A stretch of DNA of 64,000 nucleotides, taken from an uncultured delta proteobacterium. GTDB taxonomy: Bacteria; Desulfobacterota; Syntrophorhabdia; Syntrophorhabdales; WCHB1-27. The notes below the pieces were generated by a model, which saw only the letters and a list, made by a program, of their open reading frames with translations, was not told the DNA's origin and ran no database searches. Where the stretch lies: positions 64,001 to 128,000 of the forward strand of contig CAWEPK010000009.1 in NCBI GenBank assembly GCA_963810935.1, given 5' to 3'. Of this stretch, positions 9,653 to 18,731 are shown piece by piece; the stretch's first letter is position 1; each line of letters begins with the position of its first letter. Both the position numbers and the translations under genes were made by a program.

Positions 9653-10792
9653 ATGAGAATTTTCGGCGCAGGTGAGTTAGCAAGCGACGTTCAGGACCGG
9701 GGCCTTTGCATCGGCTGCGGGGCCTGCGTTGACTTGTGTCCATATTTCCGCAACCACCGGGGCAGGACCGTCCGGCTGTTTGCCTGTGGCCTTCCTCAGG
9801 GGCGCTGCTACGCGGCGTGCCCGAAGGCCGAGGTGGACCTTGACGAGCTGGCCGGCACATACTGGCACGCATCCTACAGGGGCGATCCCATTGGCCCCTT
9901 TGAGGCGGCGTACGCCGCAAAGGCGGGCAAGGCGATGGTGCAAGGGACCTTCCAGGGGGGCGGCGCAGTCTCGGCTCTCCTCATCGCCGCTATGAAACAA
10001 GGACTGATCGAGGCGGCAGTCCTGACGGCAAGCGACGAGAAAGGCCCCGTACCCGTCCTCGCGACGACGCCCGGCGAAATCGTCGCCTGCGCTTCTTCCA
10101 AGTTCCAGGCGGCGCCTACGCTGGCGGCCCTGAACCGCGCGGCAGCTTCGGGCATGCGGCGCCTGGCATTCGTGGGCACGCCCTGCCAGGTCACGGGACT
10201 CGCCAAAATGAGGACCAACCCACTCCACCGGGAAGACTTCGCGGACCCCGTCTCCCTCGTGATCGGGCTTTTCTGCAACTGGTCCCTGGACCAAAGGGCC
10301 ATTTCCGCGTACCTCGCCGGCAGGCTCGACCTTTCGCGGGTCAAGGGCATGGACATCCCTCCGCCTCCGGCCGGCATGCTCCGGGTAGACCTTGGCGACG
10401 AGGTAATGGAAATACCCCTCGACGAGATAAGGCCTTTTATCCCCGACACGTGCAGCCTCTGCCCGGACATGACGTCGGAATGGGCCGACATATCAGTGGG
10501 GATGCATGAAGGGGCTCCGGGCTGGAATACGCTCCTGGTGCGCACCGCCGTAGGCCGTACCCTAGTGGAAGGCGCTGTAGCAGCCGGCCTGCTGGTCGCG
10601 GAGCCGATACCGTCCGCGACTATCGAGCACCTTATGGAAGCATCCGGCGCGAAGAAACGGCGGGCCTTCAAGGCTCTCAAGGACCGGGGGCTCGTGAATT
10701 GCGCGGGGGAGACGGAGAGGGCCCTTCTGCGGGTGCCGGCGGACGTCCTCGACGCTGTTATTTCGGGAACCGATGGAGGAAGCCATGCCTAG
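9653..10792 (+). CDS. FrhB/FdhB family Fe-S flavoprotein (F420 hydrogenase beta-like)
   Basis: CIGCGACVDLCP ferredoxin motif, QGGGAVSALL, VGTPCQ, IGLFC, CSLCPD, ADISVG. Confidence 0.88.
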   Translation: MRIFGAGELASDVQDRGLCIGCGACVDLCPYFRNHRGRTVRLFACGLPQGRCYAACPKAEVDLDELAGTYWHASYRGDPIGPFEAAYAAKAGKAMVQGTFQGGGAVSALLIAAMKQGLIEAAVLTASDEKGPVPVLATTPGEIVACASSKFQAAPTLAALNRAAASGMRRLAFVGTPCQVTGLAKMRTNPLHREDFADPVSLVIGLFCNWSLDQRAISAYLAGRLDLSRVKGMDIPPPPAGMLRVDLGDEVMEIPLDEIRPFIPDTCSLCPDMTSEWADISVGMHEGAPGWNTLLVRTAVGRTLVEGAVAAGLLVAEPIPSATIEHLMEASGAKKRRAFKALKDRGLVNCAGETERALLRVPADVLDAVISGTDGGSHA

Positions 10793-12746
10793 CATCCTAG
10801 AAGGTAAAGCAGGAGAGATTCGCCTTCTCCAGGGTAACGACGCCATCGCAAGAGGCGCCCTGGAGGCCGGCGTGAACGTCGTAAGCTCTTATCCGGGGAC
10901 GCCGTCATCCGAAATACCGGAGCGCCTCGCGGACGTGGCTGCCGAGCGCGGGCTCTACGTGGAATGGTCGACCAATGAAAAAGTAGCCCTCGAGGTGGCC
11001 GCGGCGGCGAGCTTCAGCGGCCTGCGCTCGATGTGCGTCATGAAACAGGTGGGGGTCAACGTAGCCTCCGACTTCCTCCTCCCTCTTGCCCAATACGGCA
11101 CCCGCGGCGCCATGGTCCTTGTCTCATGCGAAGACCCCGGTGCGCTCTCCAGCACGAATGAAGTCGATTCCCGACAGTACGCGCGCATGATGGAGCTGCC
11201 CATGGTCGAGCCGGGCGATATTGAAGAGGCCCGGACGATAACGAAGTGGGCCTTCGACCTGTCCGAAGAGTTGAAGACCGTCGTGATGGTCAGGAGCGTC
11301 ACCCGCATGTCGCACGCAAGCGGCGTCGTCGCGCTCGGGGAGCTGCCGCCCGTTTCTCACGAGTCTGCCCTTTTTAACTTCCACGGTCCTTTTCTCGGCC
11401 AGATGGAAGGACCCGTGGCGAATGAGCCGCCCACGGCAATCCCATTGCGCCGCAGGAACCAGGGAAAGCTGAAGAAGGCGGCGGAGCTGTTCGAGACGTC
11501 GCCTTTCAACACATACACGGGGCCTGCCAACCCTGAGCTTCTCATAATAACCAGTTCGGCGTGTAATCTATACTGCCGGGAGGCCGTCAACCTCCTGGGG
11601 CTCACCGGAAGAGTCGGCATTCTGAAGCTTGGCACAACATGGCCTTTACCCGCAGGTCTTCTGACCAGGCACCTCAAGATGTGCCGCCGGATATTCGTAG
11701 TGGAAGACCTGCTCCCCTTCATCGAGGAGAACGTCAAGGTCCTGGCGGCCGAGCTTGCTGCCGAGCTGGGGGTCCTTGAATTCCACGGAAAGCGCGACGG
11801 CACCCTGCCGTCCGTCGGCGAAATAGACACCGACCTGGTTATGGAAGCCCTGAACCGCCTCCTGGGCATAGAGGTTCACTCACCCGACGCCGAATTCCAG
11901 CGGGAGCTGGGAGAGGTTGTGGCCAAATACGTCCCAAGGCGAATGATGACGTTCTGCCCCGGCTGTCCCCACCGCGCCTCTTACTGGTCCATGCATACGG
12001 TCCTCACTCTCGACGACCGCGACGGCTTTGTCTGCGGAGACATCGGCTGCTATGCCCTGGGTACCATGCAGGCGGGCCTCAATGTAGTCAAGACCGTGCA
12101 CGCCATGGGCTCCGGGAGCGGTCTTGCCTCCGGCTTCGGAAAGCTGGGTACTTTCGGCATGGAGCAGCCTGTCCTCGCCGTGTGCGGCGACTCCACCTTC
12201 TTTCATTCGGCTCTGCCCGCTTTCGTTAATGCCGTCCACAACCGGTCAAACGCGGTCTTCATCGTCATGGATAACAGGGGCACGGCCATGACAGGCTTCC
12301 AGCCCCACCCGGGCAGTCCCCTGAATGCAATCGGCCAGACGGTCCACGCCGTGGATATAGAGGAAGCCTGCCGCGGCCTCGGCGCCCCCGTAGTGACCGC
12401 CGATCCCTTCGACATCAAGGACACCCAGGCGAAGCTCCTATCCATAATGGAGGCGCCGCCGGGCGTGAAGGTGCTTGTGCTGCGCCAGGCCTGTGCGCTG
12501 AGCCCGGAGAAAAAGGGCAAGAAACAATTCGAGGTGGAGGTGGATGAAACACTCTGCCTCGGGGAATCATGCGGCTGCAACAGGCTTTGCAGCAAGGCCT
12601 TCCGCTGCCCGGCACTCATCTGGGACAAAGAGGTCGGAAAGGCACGGGTGGACAGCGTGCTGTGCGCCGGATGCGGTGTATGCGCCTCGGTCTGCCCGAA
12701 AGGGGCAATTCAGAAAAGGGAGATGAACCAGAATGGAAGAGCATAA
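10785..12746 (+). CDS. iorA: indolepyruvate (aryl-pyruvate):ferredoxin oxidoreductase alpha subunit
   Basis: LQGNDAIARGA, YPGTPSSEI, NEKVALE, FCPGCPHR, GDIGCY, GDSTFFH, TAMTGFQPHP, C-terminal ferredoxin. Confidence 0.93.
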   Translation: MPSILEGKAGEIRLLQGNDAIARGALEAGVNVVSSYPGTPSSEIPERLADVAAERGLYVEWSTNEKVALEVAAAASFSGLRSMCVMKQVGVNVASDFLLPLAQYGTRGAMVLVSCEDPGALSSTNEVDSRQYARMMELPMVEPGDIEEARTITKWAFDLSEELKTVVMVRSVTRMSHASGVVALGELPPVSHESALFNFHGPFLGQMEGPVANEPPTAIPLRRRNQGKLKKAAELFETSPFNTYTGPANPELLIITSSACNLYCREAVNLLGLTGRVGILKLGTTWPLPAGLLTRHLKMCRRIFVVEDLLPFIEENVKVLAAELAAELGVLEFHGKRDGTLPSVGEIDTDLVMEALNRLLGIEVHSPDAEFQRELGEVVAKYVPRRMMTFCPGCPHRASYWSMHTVLTLDDRDGFVCGDIGCYALGTMQAGLNVVKTVHAMGSGSGLASGFGKLGTFGMEQPVLAVCGDSTFFHSALPAFVNAVHNRSNAVFIVMDNRGTAMTGFQPHPGSPLNAIGQTVHAVDIEEACRGLGAPVVTADPFDIKDTQAKLLSIMEAPPGVKVLVLRQACALSPEKKGKKQFEVEVDETLCLGESCGCNRLCSKAFRCPALIWDKEVGKARVDSVLCAGCGVCASVCPKGAIQKREMNQNGRA

Positions 12747-13347
12747 ATTGACCCACGACCCTTACAACGTTGTCATCGCCGGCGTCGGAGGGCAGGGGAA
12801 TGTCCTGGCTTCCAAAATCCTCGCGAACGTGCTCGTGCATGAGGGCCTCGATGTGACCATCGGCGAGACCTTCGGTGCGACCCAGCGCGGCGGGTCCGTG
12901 ATGAGCCATCTCCGCATATCCCGCACGGGCTCCTGGTCGCCACTGATGCCGAGGGGCAGGGCCGATGTGATAGTCAGCCTCGAACCTATCGAGGCCATGC
13001 GGGTGCTCGCGCAGTACGGGAACCCGGACGTGATGGTGATCTCCAACAACAGGCCGGTCCATCCGGTAGGTGTAATCTGCGGCGAGGACGAATACCCTTC
13101 CCCCGAGCAGATAGAAGCCTGGCTCGGCAAGTTCAGCCGCCGCCACTGGCTCCTGCCTGCGACGGATGAGGCGACGAAGCTCGGCTCCGCCATACTTGCA
13201 AACATAATCCTGATCGGCGCCCTGGCCGCGACAGGCGTCCTGCCCCTCCCAAGGGAGGCATTCGCCGGCGTCATCGCTTCTACAATGCCCGGCAAAGAGG
13301 AGATGAACCTTAAGGCCTTCGACGTCGGCCGCCTGATGATCGGCTAA
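12733..13347 (+). CDS. iorB: indolepyruvate:ferredoxin oxidoreductase beta subunit
   Basis: AGVGGQG, ETFGATQRGGSVMSHLR. Confidence 0.93.
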   Translation: MEEHKLTHDPYNVVIAGVGGQGNVLASKILANVLVHEGLDVTIGETFGATQRGGSVMSHLRISRTGSWSPLMPRGRADVIVSLEPIEAMRVLAQYGNPDVMVISNNRPVHPVGVICGEDEYPSPEQIEAWLGKFSRRHWLLPATDEATKLGSAILANIILIGALAATGVLPLPREAFAGVIASTMPGKEEMNLKAFDVGRLMIG

Positions 13348-13540
13348 AGCCTGATTGATTCCGAAATGCTTGTGCAACCGCGGCAGGTGCCGGCCCTGGA
13401 CCTGTCGCCGCGTCCGATATCACGGTTGCGAAATAACGCCCTATCTTTTCCCTACACTTCTTGCAACTAAAGCCATATAGTTTAGAATAATAGTAAGCGC
13501 TTTCATGAGACGGGCCGCTCAATACAAAGGGAGGGTCGAT

Positions 13541-14413
13541 ATGGAGAAGAAGCCGGTAAGGAAGGCGATGGACTTGTTCGATAAGTACAGCAGCGGGTTG
13601 CTGGACCGCCGGGAATTCTTAAGGCGGCTGGCCGTCCTCGCCGGAGGGGCGGTGGCGGCAGGCGCGCTTCTGACCTCGTTGGAAAGGAGGCAAGCCATGG
13701 CAGACATTGTTCCGAAGGACGACCCCCGCCTCATTACGGAAGACGTCAAGTTCAAGGGCGCAACAGGCGAGATCAGCGCAAAGCTGGCAAGGCTGAAGGG
13801 GGACGCTAAATTGCCGGGTGTCCTTGTAATCAGCGAGAACCGGGGCCTCAACGCGCACATCGCCGACGTGGGCAGGCGGATTGCCCTGGAGGGTTTTCTG
13901 ACGCTTGCGCCCGACGCCCTCTCGCCTTTCGGCGGCACCCCGCCCGACGAGAACAAGGCCATCTCCATGATCGGCCGGCTCGACCAGGCATCGACGGTAA
14001 AAAATTTCATCGCAGCCGTCAAATACCTGAAGACAAACCCCATGTCCACGGGCAAGGTCGGCGTTGTCGGTTTTTGCTGGGGAGGGGGCATGGCAAACCA
14101 GCTTGCCGTCAATTCGCCCGACGTGACTGCCGTGGTCCCCTACTACGGAAGGCAGCCCGCTTCCGAGGACGTGCCGAAGATCAAGGCGTCCCTGCTCCTG
14201 CAATACGCAGGCAACGACGAAGGGATAGACAAGGGCATCCCGGCCTACGTGGAGGCGCTCAATAAGGCGCACGTCGATTACAAGCTCTATATGTACGAAG
14301 GGGCGCAGCACGCCTTCAACAACGATACGAACCGGGACCGGTACGACAAGGTGGCCGCCGACCTTGCCTGGAAGCGCACGATAGCTTTCCTGAAGGAGAA
14401 ATTAAAGACGTAG
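13541..14413 (+). CDS. dienelactone hydrolase family protein (YghX-like) with twin-arginine-like leader
   Basis: DRREFL, ENRGLNAHI, GFCWGG nucleophile motif, HAFNND. Confidence 0.9.
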   Translation: MEKKPVRKAMDLFDKYSSGLLDRREFLRRLAVLAGGAVAAGALLTSLERRQAMADIVPKDDPRLITEDVKFKGATGEISAKLARLKGDAKLPGVLVISENRGLNAHIADVGRRIALEGFLTLAPDALSPFGGTPPDENKAISMIGRLDQASTVKNFIAAVKYLKTNPMSTGKVGVVGFCWGGGMANQLAVNSPDVTAVVPYYGRQPASEDVPKIKASLLLQYAGNDEGIDKGIPAYVEALNKAHVDYKLYMYEGAQHAFNNDTNRDRYDKVAADLAWKRTIAFLKEKLKT

Positions 14414-14440
14414 GGATAAGGCGGCCCCTTACCGGGGGCG

Positions 14441-15700
14441 TCACTTTCCTATGCAGCATTTCTTATATTTCCTGCCGCTGCCGCAGGGACAGGGGTCGTT
14501 GCGGCCCGGTTTTGCTGCTCCTCGCACGGGCGGCCTTGCCGCCGGCGGCATCCCTTCTCCATCGGCATGCCCCGTTTCCGATAACGCCGCGACCTGCGCG
14601 ATGAAAGGGCCGCAATGCGTGAAAAAATGCTTGTAGCCGGCGCAAAGGTAATTGAGCCCGTATTCGCCGTCCGGCGCAGTCAGGATGCGGTCCTTCGGGC
14701 ACCCGCCGTTGCACATCGCAAGCACCTCGCAGGATTTGCAGTAGCGGGGCAGGCTATGGAGCTTCGCCTGCCCGAAAGACCTCTGGCCTGGGCTTTCCAG
14801 CAGGTCGGCCAGCGGGGTTTTCATTATATTTCCCACGCGATGCGAAACGTCCGCGAAGTGGTCACAACAAAAGAAGTCGCCGTTTGCCTCGACCACGGGG
14901 ATATCGCCGCACGTCTTCCGGAAGACGCATAAGGCGTGCTCCCTGCCGAGGCCGGCCGCAATCGCCTCCTCGAAAATCTGCACCCTCAACCGCCCCACGT
15001 CATTATCCAGCCATTCGTCGAAGACGGCGCACAGGAAATCGCCGAAGGCATCAGGCGATGGGGCAAGCTCGCCCAGGCCGTCGCCGCCGGTTGCAGACTC
15101 GACGATCGGCAGAAACCCGATGTACCCGGCCCCTATCTCCTTGAAGAACCTGTAGACCTCGACCGGACGCCCGACGTTTCCCGCGTGGACCACGCAGAGG
15201 ATATCGCAGGGGACCGCATGCTGCCGCAAAAGGCGGTAGCCCCGCATCGCCCGCACGTGGCTGGGGCCGCCGCTTCCCGTGAGGCGATACCGGTCGTGCA
15301 ATTCCGCCGGGCCGTCCAGGCTGACGCCTGCGGTAAAACCTTCCGCTGCAAAGAAACGGCACCAATCCTCGTCGAGGAGCGTGGCGTTAGTCTGAATGCC
15401 GTTCATGATTTTCTTGCCGCTTTGTCTGTGCTTAGCTTGCAGGGCCACGATTTTCCGGAAGTAATCCAACCCTAGGAGGGTCGGCTCCCCTCCGTGCCAG
15501 GAGAACCTGACTTCCGGGCCGGCAGAGGCGTCGATATGCTGCCGTATATACTCCTCGAGGATATCATCCGCCATGCCGGGCGGGCCGCCTTTTAGCTGGA
15601 GGGTTTCCCTGCCGGTGTAATAGCAATAGCTGCACGCCAGGTTGCAGGCGGAGCCGGCCGGTTTGGCGAAAATTTGAAATTCCCTTTGTGTCCCTGCCAT
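14441..15700 (-). CDS. anaerobic sulfatase maturase-type radical SAM/SPASM protein with C-terminal SEC-C motif
   Basis: CNLACSYC, WHGGEP, QTNATL, CDHF, CNGGCPK, GRNDPCPCGSGRKYKKCC. Confidence 0.92.
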   Translation of the reverse strand: MAGTQREFQIFAKPAGSACNLACSYCYYTGRETLQLKGGPPGMADDILEEYIRQHIDASAGPEVRFSWHGGEPTLLGLDYFRKIVALQAKHRQSGKKIMNGIQTNATLLDEDWCRFFAAEGFTAGVSLDGPAELHDRYRLTGSGGPSHVRAMRGYRLLRQHAVPCDILCVVHAGNVGRPVEVYRFFKEIGAGYIGFLPIVESATGGDGLGELAPSPDAFGDFLCAVFDEWLDNDVGRLRVQIFEEAIAAGLGREHALCVFRKTCGDIPVVEANGDFFCCDHFADVSHRVGNIMKTPLADLLESPGQRSFGQAKLHSLPRYCKSCEVLAMCNGGCPKDRILTAPDGEYGLNYLCAGYKHFFTHCGPFIAQVAALSETGHADGEGMPPAARPPVRGAAKPGRNDPCPCGSGRKYKKCCIGK

Positions 15701-15969
15701 TCGTCAACCCTCTTGCGACAACGTTTTAATCGATGATCTCACGATAAAAATCGCCTGTCCATGACAACAACGAGTATAGGGGGATTAACGTTTCCGGTCA
15801 AGAAGCATCTTTTTGTTTGCTTACGCCTCGCGCGTATACTGTTTGCGATTTTCTTGACATAGCAGGCCAAAAAGAATAAACAGTTAAAGTGACCGTGTGC
15901 CGCGATACGGGGGGACATGGGAGCGCGTCTTTGGAAGCCGCGCATCGAAGGGGTAGGGGGGAACGAACA

Positions 15970-16803
15970 ATGGCATTCGAAGCGATTCTGTACACTGTAG
16001 CCGACCGCATCGCCACGATAACGCTCAACAGGCCCGACAGGCTCAACGCATGGACGCCCCGCATGTCCGGGGAGGTGCGCGACGCAATGTTTCGGGCGGC
16101 GCGGGACGAGGCGGTGCGCGTGATAATCCTGACGGGGGCGGGACGCGCGTTTTGTGCGGGAGCGGACATGTCCGAGCTGAAGACCGCGACGGAACAGGGC
16201 GCATCCGCGCTGGACAACATGGATGAAGAAAGCCGGATGAACATCCACGAACTCGGAGACGTGCGGGCCGATTTTTCGAAGCGCTATTCTTATTTTCCCG
16301 CCATCCCCAAGCCGGTTATCGGGGCCCTCAACGGGACCGCGGTAGGGATCGGGTTCGCCATCGCGCTATATTGCGACATGCGCATCGCGTCGCAAAGCGC
16401 CCGGTTTTCAACGCTTTTTGCGCAGCGCGGGTTAATAGCCGAGCACGGCATGAGCTGGATGCTGCCCAGGATCGTCGGCATGGCGAACGCCCTCGACATG
16501 CTTTTCTCGGCGCGCATGGTCGGCGCGGAAGAGGCGCTCCGCATAGGGCTCGTCTCCGCGGTCGTCCCGGACGAGCAGCTCCTCGAAGAGGCGCTCTCGG
16601 TCGGCGCGAGGCTATCCACGGCTGTATCGCCCCGCTCGCTGAAAATAATGAAGCGGCAAATTTACGACGCGCAATTTCAAACCCTCGCGGAGGCAATCGA
16701 CCTGGCCGACGAGGAGATGCGTCTTAGCCTTGAGTCGGACGATTTCAAGGAAGGCGTCGCCCATTTCATCGAAAAGCGGGCGCCTGCTTTTACAGGTAAG
16801 TAA
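15970..16803 (+). CDS. enoyl-CoA hydratase/isomerase (crotonase) family protein
   Basis: LNRPDRLNA, GAGRAFCAGAD, PKPVIGALNG, DFKEGVAHFIEKR. Confidence 0.92.
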   Translation: MAFEAILYTVADRIATITLNRPDRLNAWTPRMSGEVRDAMFRAARDEAVRVIILTGAGRAFCAGADMSELKTATEQGASALDNMDEESRMNIHELGDVRADFSKRYSYFPAIPKPVIGALNGTAVGIGFAIALYCDMRIASQSARFSTLFAQRGLIAEHGMSWMLPRIVGMANALDMLFSARMVGAEEALRIGLVSAVVPDEQLLEEALSVGARLSTAVSPRSLKIMKRQIYDAQFQTLAEAIDLADEEMRLSLESDDFKEGVAHFIEKRAPAFTGK

Positions 16804-16860
16804 GGCGCAAACGGGGCTTCCATGAAGGGCAGACGGGCTTTCACCGAACCCGCATGGTGC

Positions 16861-18393
16861 TCACATCCCCGATTGGGTGACGGCGAACGTCTGTCCGGCG
16901 ATAGTGAGAGCGGCGGTCCTCGAGCTGCGGCCGGTATTCATCGATACCGAATACCTTACGGTCCCGCTGCCTGCGCCCGTGTTCCCCGACGTGACCTTGA
17001 TCCACGACGGCGCCCCCGATACCCCCCACGAACAACTGCTGCCGCTTGCGGTCACGGATACCGTCCCGCTTCCGCCGGCGGCAGGAAACGATTTATTCGT
17101 GGGTGATATCGTATAGGTGCAGGCTGCTTTCGGCGTCCACAGTACCTCATTCGAATAACCGCTCTCGTTCTTCGACACGTCGTAGTCGGTGACCGCAAAA
17201 TAGAGAGGGCCGGACAGTCCCGTAAGTGTATACTGCGTCACGTTGCCGGCGTCCGTGCTCTGCGTGTAGCTCCCGCTCGATGCGCCGCAATATATCTTGT
17301 ACCCGGCAGGCGTGAAGCCCGCCGGCTGGGTCCAGCCGAGGGTGACCTGGCTGGTAGTGCTCGACACTATCGACAGGCCCGTAGGCGCAGGTATCTGGAC
17401 CGCAGCCTGGCTCAAGGTGAAATAGAACTGAAGGTCGTACGCGATGTTGCCCGTATAACGGCCGTCCGGGAACGCCGTATACATCCCGTAATTGTTGCCC
17501 TTCTGCACGGCCCTGTAGACCGACCCGCTTATGACCAGGTTGTACGCCTGCCCGTTCTTCAGGGTTATCGGCGCCGGGAATAAATACGTCTGCCATCCGG
17601 GGTATGTGCTTGCGCTGCCCGTGCCTGTTGCAACGGTGGTCCCGCCTGAAGTCTGAAGGGTAAACATGAGGCCGCTGCCCGCCGCCGAGACGCTTGTCGC
17701 TATCTTGTCCCCGCCGGAGACGGTAAATGTCTCCGTGGCGGGACTACTCACTGTCGTCGAGTCGATATAGCCCGTCCCCTGAGTATATCCGTCCGCATAG
17801 TGGACGTTGAAGCTGGGCGTTATATGCAGGTTCGTCTGCCAGCTCGGACCGTTCCAGAGGGTCATAAGGTTTGTATCCGTGTAACACGGCTGGACCGGGG
17901 AGCTGTTCTTTGCGGTATATATTCCGTCATAAGATACGTAGTTGGTTTCCGGGAAAGGATCGACGTTGGTATAAACAACATGGTAAAGCGTGCCCGCAAC
18001 GACCGATACGGATGGACTCACGTTAAACCATTGGATAACGGTCCCACTCGCGGCTTTTGTCGGGTTCGTGTCGATCGTGGTCCACAACACGCTGCTCGAC
18101 GGCAGGTGGCTCGCCGTCCCGTCATCCGTTCGGAGCTCCCATTTGATACGGCCGCCCGTACCGCCCATATAGCCGGGGCTCGTGTTCTCGTACTGCTGGA
18201 CGATCCTGTCTATGGCGCCGGTATGCTCGCACAGAAACCGCGCGGATATCTGGCCGTTCGGGCCTATGGTAAGGTTCGCCAGGCCGTCCATGGCGACGCA
18301 CGGGCCGTAATAGCCGGGTGGGGCCGCATAGGCGGCTGCCGCAAGATAGGACAAAAGCATTAAAGCGAGAAGCAAAACTTTTTTATGCCCCAC
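16861..18393 (-). CDS. secreted Ser/Thr-rich protein with fibronectin-III and BACON-like C-terminal domains
   Basis: Signal peptide; APTGL..VTLGW..GYKIY..YFAVTDYD..NESGYSNE (FN3); CTYTISP..CSW..WI..GSGTVRYSV..R..LTIAGQTFAVTQ (BACON). Confidence 0.75.
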   Translation of the reverse strand: MGHKKVLLLALMLLSYLAAAAYAAPPGYYGPCVAMDGLANLTIGPNGQISARFLCEHTGAIDRIVQQYENTSPGYMGGTGGRIKWELRTDDGTASHLPSSSVLWTTIDTNPTKAASGTVIQWFNVSPSVSVVAGTLYHVVYTNVDPFPETNYVSYDGIYTAKNSSPVQPCYTDTNLMTLWNGPSWQTNLHITPSFNVHYADGYTQGTGYIDSTTVSSPATETFTVSGGDKIATSVSAAGSGLMFTLQTSGGTTVATGTGSASTYPGWQTYLFPAPITLKNGQAYNLVISGSVYRAVQKGNNYGMYTAFPDGRYTGNIAYDLQFYFTLSQAAVQIPAPTGLSIVSSTTSQVTLGWTQPAGFTPAGYKIYCGASSGSYTQSTDAGNVTQYTLTGLSGPLYFAVTDYDVSKNESGYSNEVLWTPKAACTYTISPTNKSFPAAGGSGTVSVTASGSSCSWGVSGAPSWIKVTSGNTGAGSGTVRYSVSMNTGRSSRTAALTIAGQTFAVTQSGM

Positions 18394-18675
18394 AAAGCAC
18401 CTCCCCCACCACTTTATGGTCTCAATCTTTAAAGACGACAGCGAACGTGACGGGTCCGGCGCAGCCGGTTGAGCGAGGCACGCTTCCCGGCGTGCTTTCC
18501 CGAGGCAGATTGTCCGATTTGGACCCCTACAAATTTATAATAATCATCGCGCGCCGGGGATGCGAGAGGGTCCGTCGCCTATAAATATCGATAGGCGGTG
18601 AATCGCCTGAAGAAGAGATAAGGGGAATGCCGGATGGCGGACGGTCGACCCCCGCTTATCGTGGGCAGTCAATAG

Positions 18676-18713
18676 AAAAAGGCCCTTTCCCCCACCGGGG
18701 AAAGGGCCTTTTT
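18676..18713. terminator. bidirectional intrinsic terminator downstream of hppA
   Basis: AAAAA-GGCCCTTTCCCC-CACC-GGGGAAAGGGCC-TTTTT. Confidence 0.9.
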
Positions 18714-18731
18714 GTTCGCTTGAAAGGCTCT

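Noticed and set aside
18394..18675. Riboswitch upstream of the secreted protein (also checked 21220-21484)
   Set aside because: Some hairpins, but no consensus I can recognise
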